A DNA stretch of 64,000 bases from Nageia nagi (Eukaryota > Plantae > Pinophyta). Below, in pieces: positions 37,990 through 50,875 of this stretch (position 1 is its first letter; every line of letters begins with the position of its first letter). A model generated the notes under the pieces. That model searched no databases. It was not told the DNA's origin and saw nothing but the letters and a program-made list of their open reading frames with translations. The position numbers and the translations under genes are program-made. The stretch covers positions 191,766,001 to 191,830,000 of the forward strand of contig JBITNC010000001.1 in NCBI GenBank assembly GCA_050084985.1, read 5' to 3'.

Positions 37990-40900
37990 CTTTTGCCACA
38001 AGCCCTCGATTGCTGATTTGTCTTCTGTAATGGATAGAGCATCTTTTGCCATTTGTTTTGACACAGTCTTATGCTCTCTAAGGATGTTTCTCCTTTGAAT
38101 AGCAATGGTTGAAGGAGATTTCCTTTTGCAAGGTGGAAACAAACGTATCAACCCTTCGAATCTTTTCACCATCCGAAGGCTCCTCTTCCTCATCTTCGGA
38201 GCGCATGTCCTGGTCTATATCTTCATCATGAGCTATACTCATGCTGAGGGCTCTAAGATAGGCCTCTAGGTCAAGATCTGGCTACTTGGTTGTTGGCTGG
38301 GGAGGAAACCTCTGTACCAACAATCATCCTTTGTTGATCTTCTTGACCTCTTTCACTGGAGTGGTCTAAACTACGGCAATCTCCTTGCCTTGATGCTCTT
38401 CTTGCCTTCTCTTCTTCTTCTGTTCCTCAGTTTCTCCTTCATCCTCTCGATCTCTTCCATTACCGCCTATAGATATGCCTTTGTTCCATGGCTGGGGAGA
38501 TCTCTCGTGGGTCGTCCTCTTTGTGGAGGATTTATGCGAAGAGGAAGGGGACTTCTTCCTATGCTTGGCAAGAGAAGGCTTGGAGGCACCCACCTCTCTA
38601 GCACATTTTTCTCCAGCAATTTGGACGTCATCATCATATGTTCCAATGTCCACTATCTCATTGTCATCTGGGAGAGTTTCAATCTTCGTCTCATTGGGTG
38701 CAGAGACACCTATAGCTACATCTTCTTGCTTAGGGACAACAGTAGCATCATCATCATCATCTTCTTTCTCTTCTTTTTCTCTTCCATCGTGGCTTTCCGA
38801 TTCTTCTCTGGAATCTTCTGCTGTATGGCTAGGCTCTTCATCAGAAGAGGAAGTGGAATGTTCAGAACTGGAACTAGAACTTGGTTGCAAGGGGGGAACT
38901 TTCTCTTTGCATCTAGGAGAATGAGTAAGCCTGGAAGGGATCACTTCCGTGGGTGAATCATTGGCACAAGCCTCATCCACTACATCATCCAGCACGTCTT
39001 AGGGGAGAGCATGATAACCAACATCCTTGAGATCAGCCATCACTACACTGCGCTTGTTGGGGCCTGGAATGTGTTCCCTTGGAGCCTTTTGCCTCTTTCC
39101 AACTGGAAGCAAGGATGTCTTGACTGATAGAGATGCAGTACGAGCAGGAGAAGGAGATGACCTAGTCTTGAGAGAGACCTCCTTAGATCTAGACTTTGTA
39201 GTTCGGAGTCTCTGAGGTGGTTTGTCTGCTTGGAGGGGAGCCTTTTTCTTGCTCAAAAAAGCATCGATCCTTGCGATCTCCTCATCCTGCACATTTCGGT
39301 ACTTCTCCACATTCCCCAGAGACTTATGCGGAAATGCAATAGGTTTGTGAAATGCAGTGTAGTAGAAATGTGCAATTATGCCCTTAGGATCGTAGTTTCT
39401 TGCAGCTGCCTCCTTGTAAAAGACATACTATTGCAACTCTTTCATATTGGCTGCTTCAACCCATGTCTAGCACACATATTTTGCTATTGAAATAGGCAAG
39501 TTGATGGTCGCATTCTTCTTCTTCCAGACTTTCTCTTTCAGGAACAAGAGCTGCCTATCAAACTCCATGAGGATAAGCCTATCACTAGCGTATCTTGGCA
39601 AGAGTAGGGGTCGCTCCTTTAAGCCATAGACTCTTATGAAAGTATGGTCCGCGTTCTGCAGGAAGAAATCTGCATGCACACTGATAGCTTGGACAACTGC
39701 ATCAAAAATCTTCTTTACCATGTGCTTCCCTTTGATATCTTTATAGATATCATACTCCCACTGGTTAGTTCTCTCACAAAAATTCTGGAACTTGTTCTGG
39801 TACCACCACTTTGGATAAGCTTGCCACACGGGAACACTCTTTTGACCAATTTCACCTTGCAATTCTGGGTGCACAGTTTGGATGTGTGCCTGAGCATTGC
39901 TTGAAAAACATGCAATTGGGCCTTGGGTCACTTAGTCAAATTTCAGAACATAATTCTTCACCTCACACCTGGGTGCATGGATCTGGATGAGTGAAAAAGC
40001 ATGTGTCAAAAGCATGTGCCTTGAGCTTGGGGCTTTACTGAAATGCCTTAGCAAAAAACAGGCTATCTAGATGCACGACATCCCTCTAGACTCCTTATTT
40101 CTCCCTGGCGCATTGTTTTAGATGAGTGCAAAAGCATGCGCTAGAAATGGTGCAACTTGGGGAAGGATGAAAAATCTGAGATGAAGTGCTAAAAATGACT
40201 AAGGGGTGGCATGATATCCTTCTATGCTGCCACGTGTCACCTTTGGGTTGGTCAATCTAGGGTTCAAATGGTGGAGCCAAAATAGGGGTGCAGAAGCATG
40301 TGTCAAGAAGCATACAACTAGGCTTTTAGATACTTAGCCAAATTTCAAGTCAACATTGAAGCTCAATTCCTAGTCGCACTGTTTTGAAAGGGTGCAAAAG
40401 CATGCATCATAATCCTTGCGCTTGAGGTCTGGCACACTTCCCGAGACCACAAATTCCAAAAAATGACTTAAAAATGCAGGTTTGACACAAGTCGCATGTT
40501 TCGGAGGACGTGTGCTTTCTCCCTTGGCTCCACGCAATGCTCTAGACAATTTTGCAAACAGAATGATTGAGGCTGACTTTCCTTTTATAGCCATTTGGCT
40601 AGGACAAGTGTCGTCACATGATAGGTGCAAGAGGGGGTTGAATGCATGTGTTTCCACTTGGCAACAATCTGGACCAACACTTAGCCAATTTGCACCTCAT
40701 GAATCTAGTCGTACGGTTTGAGTTGGGCGCAAAAGCACTCACTTGAAAGCATGTGACTAGCCTTGATTGCCTTAAAAATGGTTAAGTCCCCCTTTTCTCC
40801 TGGTCGCATGGATTTGGATGGGTGCAAAAGCACTGTCTTGAAAGCATGCGACAAGGCCGGTAGGTTCTGGAAGCAGCTAAGTATGAATCACCTCTTTGGT

Positions 40901-41435
40901 CGCATGGATTCGGATGGGTGCAAAAGCACTCACTTGAAAACATGTGATAGGCTTTTCCAGAAAAAATGCTAAGTATGAGAGGCTCCAACTTGGTCGCATT
41001 GTTTTGGGTGGGTGCAAAAGCACTCACTTGAAAACATGTGACTGACTGAAAATACTCTTTTTGCCTTGAATTTCGACCAAAATAACTGTAAACATGAAAT
41101 GCAATGATGGAGAGACAAAGTTTTGCAACATGAGGGACCCTAAAGGGTGCAATTTTAGGACTGAAAATGCGAGTGATAAGTATGAAAATGCAACATGACG
41201 CTGGTCACACCATTTGGGAGGTGTGCAAAAGCAAATCTCTCAAAACATGCGACTGAGGAAAAATGCATACTTTTGACTTGACTTGACCATGAATGTGCCG
41301 ATTTAACATGTTTCCTAAAGCTTAGACCAAAATACATACATTCCCTTAGACAAATGTTACTTCCATGCGTTGTTCTTTTATTCTGAGGGTCCTCAAAATG
41401 CAAAAAAATTGGGGGGGTGTTGTGCAGGCACAACA
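37990..41435 (-). mobile_element. Gene-carrying TE unit, copy 2 (internally deleted)
   Basis: Palindromic terminus 41418-41435; ORF pieces 39467-39850, 38999-39310 and 38366-38995 closely match 62466-64000. Confidence 0.75.
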
Positions 41436-44400
41436 GTCTCCTTACTCTCGAGGAGGAGGTGGATTTATTAGCTAGGGTCATATGTGGCTCATTTAAGCTC
41501 TGGATTCTTCTGTCAATCCAACCTTCAGTTGCCAAAACTTGGTGTACTTCTTGAATTTGCTTCTCCTCCCTCTTATTCTTGTACCTTTCTATGTCTCCAA
41601 GAGGTCTATGCTCATAGGTTATAGGGTTTCTGAAGGCTCGTTTGTAGAAAAACTGGACTCTTCCTTCAGGATCGTAGTGGGAAGCTGCCTGCTCCTCACT
41701 AAAGTGATAATAAGACAATTCAACACTCATCCCCTTGGCCTCTTGCCAAGTAGAATAAGTGTATTCCTCAATGGAAATGGGGAGGTTCATAGTAGCATCC
41801 TTCTTCTTCCAAACATTTTCATATAGAATAACAATTATCTGTAGAACTCCATGAGAATCAACTGATTGCTGGCATGTCGGGGCAGGAGATAGGGCTTGAC
41901 CTCAGAACCATAGACCCAAATATATGTGTGTGTGAGGTCTTCCAAGAAGTAATCTGCATGCCCCTGGATGGCCTCAACAGTAGAATCAAATATCCTCTTC
42001 ACCATTTGTCTTCCTTTGATGTCCTTGTATATTTGATATTCCCATCCATCATTCCTCATGGCATAATAATTCCATCTGGACTTCAGCCACCATTTCAGGA
42101 TTTCCATGTTTGCATGGGCTGTTCTCCTATTTTTGCCATGGAGGAGTAAAACGAGATAGGAATTCATGTAGAATCTCTTTGAGGAGCCGATGTGAGCTAG
42201 TTGGAACAACAGAGAGTCACTTATTACCTCTCTCCATTTTAGCTTCTGCCTATTTCCAATTATGGCAATGAATCCGATGAATTCCTTCTAGAATTTGAAG
42301 TCATCCTCTTTATCAGTGACTCTAGATAGCATACTGATGATCCTGGAACTTGTGGGGTAGAAGTTCTGCCTCTTTGCATTTATTAATTTGTTTCCCATGA
42401 ATCCCTTGCTCTCGTTCTCGAGCCAATATTTGATGAGATCCCCGGGTAGTTGAGATTTCTCATAATAGTCTCGAGAGTCCTTTTTAGTGTAAACGACTCC
42501 TTCGCCACCCCACTTGAAAGCCTCCTTGATCCCTTATGGAGAGAAATCAAGGATTTTCTTACCATCAGTGTCATAGAGGGTGCGGTCTTAGAAGTTGGCA
42601 TGTTTGCCTACTTTGTAACATAACTTAGGAAAAGGTGTAGCAAAAGGGATCAGGGTGGTCGAGGCCAATCCAGACGTGTAGATGACCTCCCTAAGAATTT
42701 GGTTTTTGTCTAACTCACTAATGGCCTGCAATGTTCGGATAGGATCAGTATGCGACCAATTGGTGTCCTGGATATTGGAGAGGTTGTTTTTGAATTTGGC
42801 CTATCTCAAGGGGTTCTCAAGATTCTCTTTGACAAATTCTATCCGTCTAGACTCAGTCAGTCTAGCTAGCTGCAACTCTCGGGTCTTTCCTAGTTTAGGG
42901 TTTATTTTCGCCATCTCGAACCTGCATAGGCAAACCGGGTTAGTAGAGACTAGACTTGACTGACACTAGTTCGATTGTACAGACATGGCAGGGGAATGCA
43001 AGAAGGGTACAATGCCTGCAAACCTGTATGCCTTAAGGATGGGATGTGCAAATGCAAAACAAACTCAATAATAAATGTTTGTGATAAAAGGATGGTCGGC
43101 TTCCTCTCATGCAATGTTCAATAACATGCGTTAAGTGACAATGTGTGCATACATCCATTTAGCGTCCTTGTGGGACCCAACTTAATGCAAAAACATGTAT
43201 GAATGCTTGAGGAACCTGGTCGCACTAGATTCAAACGTTATACTTCTATCTTGGGCAAATGATGCTACAACAAAAGAAAGTTGACTTTATAGTACGTGAC
43301 AAAATGGAAGGACGACGTATTAATGCAAATGATTAACTACCTACCTAAATAAAAAAAACACAAAATTGCTTTAATGCATGTACGGGTGCATATTAAGACA
43401 ACGATGTGTTGAAAAAGACTAAACCTAACCAATGCAAATTCAATGGGCACACCATTTTTGAAAGATGGATGCCTATCTTCTTGGAATCATGTGATCATGT
43501 GCATGCCTAAGATGATTAATGCAAGGTAAGACAAATGCAAAAATTGAATCGACAAATGTCAACATGCTATTGGACGAAAAGGTGGTCAATAAACATGGAC
43601 CATTAAATTTGATGCAAAAGAAGGGTGGTCGCATGCTTCAAGAGAGATGGGAATGCAGCTTAGGAAGATCATGTGACCAGTATCAAGAGGACAAATGATA
43701 TGCAAGAATTGACCAAGTCTCCTTTCCTTTTATAGTTCACTGGGCTGCCAAGTGGCAATGTTTTGATGGACTAATTATAATCTTTCAACAAGTGTCCATT
43801 TTCATGCAAGGAATGTGATCGCATGCCTCTACCATGATGCAAATGTAACTTCCTCAAACCATGTGAACAACACAAGTGAACTAACGATCCACTTTTAACA
43901 AAAATAAGGTTGAAAAGGGTGGTTGCATGTCCTCTAGAAGATGCAATCGTAACCTTTTTGGACCATGCGAACACCTGAATTGGACCAAGAATGCTTGAAA
44001 AGGGTGGTCGCATGTCCCTTAAAAGATGCAAATGTAACCTTTTTGGACCATGTGAACACCTTGAAAATGCTTGTGGCTAAGTACTTAGCTGATTTTGGAG
44101 GCTGAAATGCAAGAAATGAGATGGTTGACTCTTTTTACAAAGATGAAATTGTAACTTTCTCAAACCATGCGACCACCTTTAGATGCACTACGTTGGATCA
44201 GCTAAGGCAAAAATGAATGCCCTTCCTTCTTTTATAACAATTTTTCCAGCCAAGTGTCTCTAGCTGAGAGCCAAAATGAAGGCCCAATGGAGTCAAGGCA
44301 AGGTTAATGATGCACGTCTACTGTCTGGGTGAGGGTGGTTGCACCTTTTTTTGAAAGATAGAAATGTATCTTCTCCAAACCATGTGAACACTCCTCCAAC

Positions 44401-45089
44401 ACTTAGCTCATTTCCAATCTTCAAAGCTGGGCCAAAGAGAGGGTGGTCGCACTGTTTCCAAAAGATGGAAACGTAACTTTCCTAAACCATGCGAACATCT
44501 TCAAAGGAGGAATTTTGGGATATTTAATTGATTTTTGGGCTCCAAATTGACCTGAGAGGGGTGGTCGCACCGTTTTTAAAAGATGGAATTGTGACTTTTC
44601 CAAACGATGCAACCATGTCAAGGGGGTTGAAATAAAATGTGACTTAGTCAGTTTACCTCCCCTCTTGGGCTTTTATAGTGGTTCTTGGGGATGCCATGTG
44701 TCAATGAATAGGGGTGACCATTTTAAAACAAAGTAATGCAGATTATGGTCGCACTCCCTAAGACAAACGAAGATACATCTTCCCTCAGCCAAGCAAACAT
44801 TACTTTGATGGGCAAATTTGATAATTTTGCCCGTTTTTTGAACATGATTAAACTCCCTTGGATGCTTGCATTTCTTTGTCCTTGGTTTCATGGATGGATA
44901 CTTAGGAAGTGTTTCATTTGTTGTAATTATTCCTGGTAAATTTTAAAGTTGCACTTCGAGCTTTTCTGATTAGCTTATCTCTCCATTATGCTCTAGAGAT
45001 GCTCACTCCATGTCCGAACTTTTTGACTACGTTCTTAGGTTGAGGGTCCCCAAATTTTTTTTTTTAAAAATGAGGAGGGTGTTGACACA
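41436..45089 (-). mobile_element. Gene-carrying TE unit, copy 3
   Basis: ATG at 42914 just after acceptor-like CTATGCAG|G (42921); decayed ORF to 41436 homologous to copy 1; right end GGGTGTTGACACA preceded by the shared GAGGGTCC.CAAA context. Confidence 0.72.
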
Positions 45090-45288
45090 CTTTCCAAATC
45101 ACGGAAAATTGCAAATTGACCTTGGCCACATTTTTTCAATATATTGCCTTTTGCACTCTTTTCAAATTGAGCGACCAATTTTCTTTAGACAAATAATGAA
45201 TGGAATGGCTGATTTAGAGTTTTCATAGCTTTTAGGTGCTATGCAGGCTCATTTGACTAGACGTCCCTCTTGCATAATTGTCATTAAT

Positions 45289-46434
45289 TGTGGAATCTAA
45301 CGGATTCCCCTTTGTAATATATTTTATTATTGCATTGTACTTTCAAGTTGTTGCTTGGGATAGAAGACTTAATGTGTCAATGGACCCCACTGTGAGCCCC
45401 AAGTGGGACGTCTCCCTCCCAAGCATAGATTAGGTGTTTTATTATACTTGGAGATCCCGATCTTGATTATGGGAATCCCAAGGTCTTTTTTTTCACTTAG
45501 ATGGATGGATCAGCACTTGTATACATGCGTCAGCCTTGGGGAGACTCTATACCCCCATGTTGGCCCATTATGACACCTAGACCCACGTTGGGCATGCATG
45601 GCACCCCTAGACCCCCACGTTGGCAGTTATGGCACTCTAGGTCCCCACGTTGGCATGCTTGATGCCTAGGCATCCATGTTGGGCATTTTGGCCCCCTAGG
45701 AGGCTAACATTGGGATTAAGGAGTTGGGTGATGACTCCTAGGTGAGATCTAGACAGAGTTGAGTGTATAAAGAGGCATTGGAGCCTCATTGTTGGATATA
45801 CCTGATTATATTATTATCTCATTGATACTACCCTGTGGACACAAGTCTTAGCGGCGCTAAGCAATACCCTAGGTGCAACATCTAGGAGGGTTATCAAGCT
45901 GAGGGATCCTGATTGTCTATGGCATTGGTGTAGCACCCTTGCGCATTTGGTGGTATTTTGAGGTTTAGCTTTTGGCATTCAATTGGCCACTAGGATCAGA
46001 GGAGGGCTCCTTTGTTGGAGAGGATTCAGGTTCTGAGGGAGCAAGGTTGTCCCATGATTCTACTTGTTCGTCCAGCATTAAGGATATACGACTTGCCCTA
46101 GTTGTCTCCTTGGAGGCCAACATTAAGCTCTAGGAGCTTGGTATTGTATTTTTGTGACGTTCATATCTTCTATACAACCATTGGGCATTTGGATCTCATA
46201 TTCATGTTGTGCATACTTGTCCATTGGCATTGTTGGATTGCTTTTGTATGTATGTGTATGTATGGGCAAGACATTGGCATTTGTATGTTGATTGAGCTTG
46301 TATTTGGTGCCCTAACCCTAACGTTGGCATATTGAGGGTTTGTATGCTTGTAGTTGCTCTTCTAGACCACATGTTGGGTGCATACTTGTGTTTTTGGGTT
46401 TAATTGCACTTGAGTTGTGTTTTGGATCCTTACA
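45289..46434 (+). repeat. Gypsy-type solo LTR (family shared with 48124 and 52621)
   Basis: TGTGGAATC...GATCCTTACA; collinear with 48124-49247; TSD not exact. Confidence 0.8.
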
Positions 46435-48123
46435 TTTGATCAATATTGATGGAGTCTTCATCGAAAATGCCTTGATCGCATGATTCAGCATGTATGCATG
46501 GGGGACCTCCTTTGGAATTCGCGACCGAATTTCTAAGCACTCTACTGAGAATGCGTGATCAATTTTCTGCCGATTTTGGGTTGAAAGTGACTAAGGATGC
46601 CTGCTTTTTATAGTTTCCTAACACATTTCTCAAAACGGCCAATTTGCATATTCTCGCGCTTATGCTTGAAACACTCTCCTCAAACCACGCGACCAAATTC
46701 CTTTAGGTCACTTGTTTTCACCATCGTGCCCTTTGCATTGTTTTTGGAACGGGCAACCTAAGCATGAGTTTCAAATTGCGCAACTTGCTTGGACTTAGAC
46801 TGAAAACGAGTGTTTCTCTTTTATAGCTGTTTGGGCACTTTCTCTGAGGAACAGTGGTCGCAAGTTTTTACCAAAATGCCTTGAATATTGTCCTTTAAAT
46901 GTGCAACCTGGTTTTGCTTGGTCGCGTATCCAACTTTATGCTCGGAGCACTCCTAAAATGCGTGACCTACTTTCATAAGGTTGCACGTTTTCAATGTTAT
47001 TCTCTATGCACTCATCCTGAATCACGCGACCTGGGAACTCTCTCTAAATCATGTGACAAACTTTGCTCAATTATGACTTAGGAAAATAATGAATGAATTC
47101 CCCCCCTTTTATAGTTGTTTTGGGCACCTTTTTCAAGGGACGTGGGGTCGTACAATTTCACCAAAATGCCTTGAATACTCCATTTTAAATGCGGGACCTT
47201 CCTTTCTTTAGTTGCATGTCCTTAACATAATGCTTAGGGCACTTCTCTTCAAATGCTTAACCCAATTATACATGGTCGCATGTTTTTAAGATGATGACTC
47301 AGGCACTCCTTCACAAATGCGCAACTTGGACGTACATTGAGAAACTCACGACCTAGGCATGTGTTGAGAAACGGGTGACCTCACTTGGAATGATCTGCAC
47401 TTATGCAAATTTGATGGGGTGTTCCTTCTTTTATACTTCTAACGGCTCAGATTTTCGAGAAAAGGGGGGTGGTCGCATGTTTTTGAAACTATGCTCTTGG
47501 CATCCTCCTGAATTTGCGTGACCTGACTGGCTTGACCATTTGGCTCAAAACGTTCAACCTAAGCACTTAGTGTAGAACATGCGACCAACTCTTTCGGACT
47601 TGTGAGAATTTCAAAAAATGAAGTGTGACCTTCTTTTATACCCTTTGGCTTGTTTTTTGAGGAAAAAAACCCTAGGTCACATGTTTTCATGTGCATGCCT
47701 TATGAATCACCTTCAAAATGCGCGATCTAGTCACCCTTGGTCGCGTGTTTACATGATAATGCTCCAAGCACTCTTCTTAGAACGTGCGACCTAATAGCTG
47801 GGGCATTCTTGCCAAAATGCGTGACCTAGTTGTTTTTGAGGCATATACTTAAAAATGTGCGATCGGGACCATCCTTCTTACATGTCTCTAGAAACCTTGA
47901 AAACTTAGGAATATTCTACCCTGGTCACACTCTGTATTCTTTAGCCCATGTTGATTCTAGATTGAAATTGTGCAAGTCTTCAGGGAATTTTAGCCAATGT
48001 ATACTGATCTTTTTTAGCTCTTGCTTTTCTTGAGTTCAATAGTTGAAGGAAGGTGTCACTTGCAAAAAAATAGGGTCCCCAAATTTTTGTGAATATTAGG
48101 GGGTGTGTTGTGTGGGCACAACA
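46435..48123 (-). mobile_element. 5' repeat-rich region of another unit with the palindromic terminus
   Basis: TGTTGTGTGGGCACAACA at 48106-48123; many (G)GTCGC/GCGACC motifs as in copies 2 and 3. Confidence 0.7.
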
Positions 48124-49247
48124 AGTTACTACTTGGAATAGAAGATTTAATGGGCTGTTGGACCCCATTGTGAGCCCCAAGAAGGATGTCTCCCTCCCAA
48201 GTGTAGTTAAGTGTGTTTTAATGTACTTGGAGATCCCGAAACATGATTGTGGGAATCCCAAGGTCTATTTAGCATTTAGAGCATGGATGATCACTTAATG
48301 GCCCCAACATTGAGATTGGGAGCACTTGTACACATGCACCAACCTTGGGGAGACTTCTAGACCCCCACGTTGCCCATGACACCCACGCATGCCCCCTAGA
48401 TGCCCATGCATGCCTCCTTGACCCACGCATTCATCCCTAAGCCCATGTTGAGTTTGAGGACCTATGTGGAGTATGAGGGAGGCCCAGATACCTACGTTGG
48501 GCTTGGAATGATTTCTAGGTGCCATTGTTGGGGTTTGAGGGGATTGGGTGATGACTTTGAGGTGATGTCCTTATTTAGAAAAGCTATATTATCCCTTGGA
48601 GCATCATTGCTGGATATACAAATTATTGATTATTACACATACCGTCAAGAGGACAAAAGTCTTGGTGTAGCATCAAGCAACATCCCTAGGTGCAACATCT
48701 AGGAGGGTTAATAGGTTGAAGGATACTGTTGTTCTACGACTTTGGTGTAGCACCTTAGTCCATCCGGTGGCATTCCGAGGCACACTTCTACTATTCGGTT
48801 GGTCGCCAAGGTTTGGAGAGAGTTCCTTCAATGGAGAGGATTCAGATTCTGAGGGAGTGAGGTTCTCCCATTCAGTGTTTTGTCCATCCAGCAGTGTGGA
48901 TATTTGTTGTACCCTAGTTGGCTCCTTGGAGGCCAACGTTGGGCCCTGTGGGCTTGGTATTGTATCTTTGTTCATCATATATCTTAATACAAGTCGTGGA
49001 CTATTGGATCTCATATTCTGTTGTGCATTTTTCTATACTTGCATCGTTGTGGTGTATTTATCCTTTTATGCATGTTGTAGCCATACGTTGGCATTATTGT
49101 GTTGTATAGACTTGTAAATGATGCCCTAAACCTAATGTTGGCATATTGAGGTGTTGAATGCTTGTTATTGTCCTTCTAGGCCATACGTGGGTGCTTGTTT
49201 AAGTGAATTTGCTTAGTTGCATGTGAGATTGTATTTGGGATTCTACA
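48124..49247 (+). repeat. Gypsy-type LTR lacking its first ~60 bp
   Basis: Homologous to 45347-46434; ends GGGATTCTACA. Confidence 0.8.
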
Positions 49248-49353
49248 TGGACCCTCCATAGTCACTACCATTATACCCAAATAATGAATGCCATGTTTAA
49301 AGGTTCCTTTTACATACCTTAGTATTTACCATTGTAATGCAACTTGGACTCAA

Positions 49354-49985
49354 CAAGGTTCTCTAGAGGCTTGGACTCGAAAAACAAATTCAGTTGAGCT
49401 TGACAAAAAGAAAAAAATTCATTGAAAACATAATTTTTTTCATGCATATTAGTGATATTACTATTATTAGTATCTTCTAGAAGCATACTTACTCAACATT
49501 CAAATTATAAAAATTCCAAAATACAAATAAGAAATTAAGACAAGGAAGGGGCATATTTTTGTAGTCATCAAAATTTTTTCAATTCAAAATGTGCTCATAA
49601 CCCATGGTTAAATACAAAATCACACAATCTTTGAAGTGTCGAACTATTTGGGAGCATATTTCCCATTTGACCTACTATAAGCTATAAGTCCTCTATGTGA
49701 TTGAGATGAGGAATTGGATGTCTATGCTTTCTCCTATGCATTTTGCTCTTGTTGCTTCCTTGCCACTAACTCTTTTGCTAGTTGTTCAAGATCCTCAAAA
49801 GGGATATTAAGATTGTCTAGAGGCTTCTACTGCTGCTCCTCTACGATCCATTCAGAGGATAGATCAATCCAATGAAGGTCAATGGCCTGAATCTGTACCT
49901 GCAACATTTTTGTGGTGGTGTAGATTGTAGTGCATGAACATAAGCTCATTCAATTTTGCTTGTGTTAATTTGTTTCTCGTACATC
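49354..49985 (-). mobile_element. hAT transposase C-terminal (dimerisation) fragment and 3' end
   Basis: RNKLTQAKLNELMFMHYNL at ~49920-49980 matches hAT RNRL...LNDLVFVHYNL; CAAGGTT TIR-like end at 49354. Confidence 0.75.
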
Positions 49986-50875
49986 TTTCCTATATCCACC
50001 ATATGGTCAAATGCTCTCAAAGAATTATATTACAAGCTTAACTACCTTCTACTAGCAATATACCTCAATATTCACTTTACTACGTCGAGATGCTCAACAT
50101 AAGGTTTCTGCACAAACCTTGCCATCATATCAATTGCGAAAGCAATATTAGACCTTGTGATGGTCAAGTACAAAAGACTACCAATCAACTACCTATAAAA
50201 TGTTGCATCAGCCAATTGAGATTTTGCATGAATATTGAACTTGATTCCAACTGCCTTAGGCATCTCAATTGGCTTGCAATTCTCCATGTTGAATTTTCCC
50301 AAAATGTTTGAGATATATTTAGATTGACTAGGAAATATTTTATCTTCATTTTGATACACTTGCATAACCAAATAATAATGTAATAATCTTAAGGAAGTCA
50401 TTTCATATTCTGACTTTAGCTATGAAATACTATCATCAATAAGAACAATGTTATTGCTAGTAATGAGCAAATCATCCACATACAACAAAATGAGAATCAA
50501 ATCATTTTCCTCATTCAAAATATGTAGGTGACAATCCGTATAACATTTTTTGAATCCAAGAGATTTAAAATTTTCTTATACCAAAGTTGTGGAGCTTGCT
50601 TCAATCCATGGATAGCCTTCTTCAATTTGCACACATAGGATTCTTTTCTTTTGAGTCTTGACAACAAAGCCTTCTGGTTGAGACATGTAAAATTCAAATT
50701 CAAGGCTACTGTTGAAAAAAACACTTAATATCAGGTTGCATATTTTCCAATTGTGTGTAGCAGCTAATCATTTTTGAAATAGGGGAAAAAGTCTCAATGT
50801 AGTTCAAACTTTCTTTGAATCCAAGAGATTTGAAATTTTCTCATACCAAGGTCATGGAGCTTGCTTCAGTTCATA

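Noticed and set aside
38390-38956. Long plus-strand ORFs here and at 62847-63308
   Set aside because: Antisense shadows of the S/E/K-rich linker encoded on minus
37949-49247. Single intact LTR element from TGTAATGTCCCC to GGGATTCTACA
   Set aside because: Flanks AATCT and TGGAC do not form a TSD and the interior is a mosaic; treated as a nest with deletions
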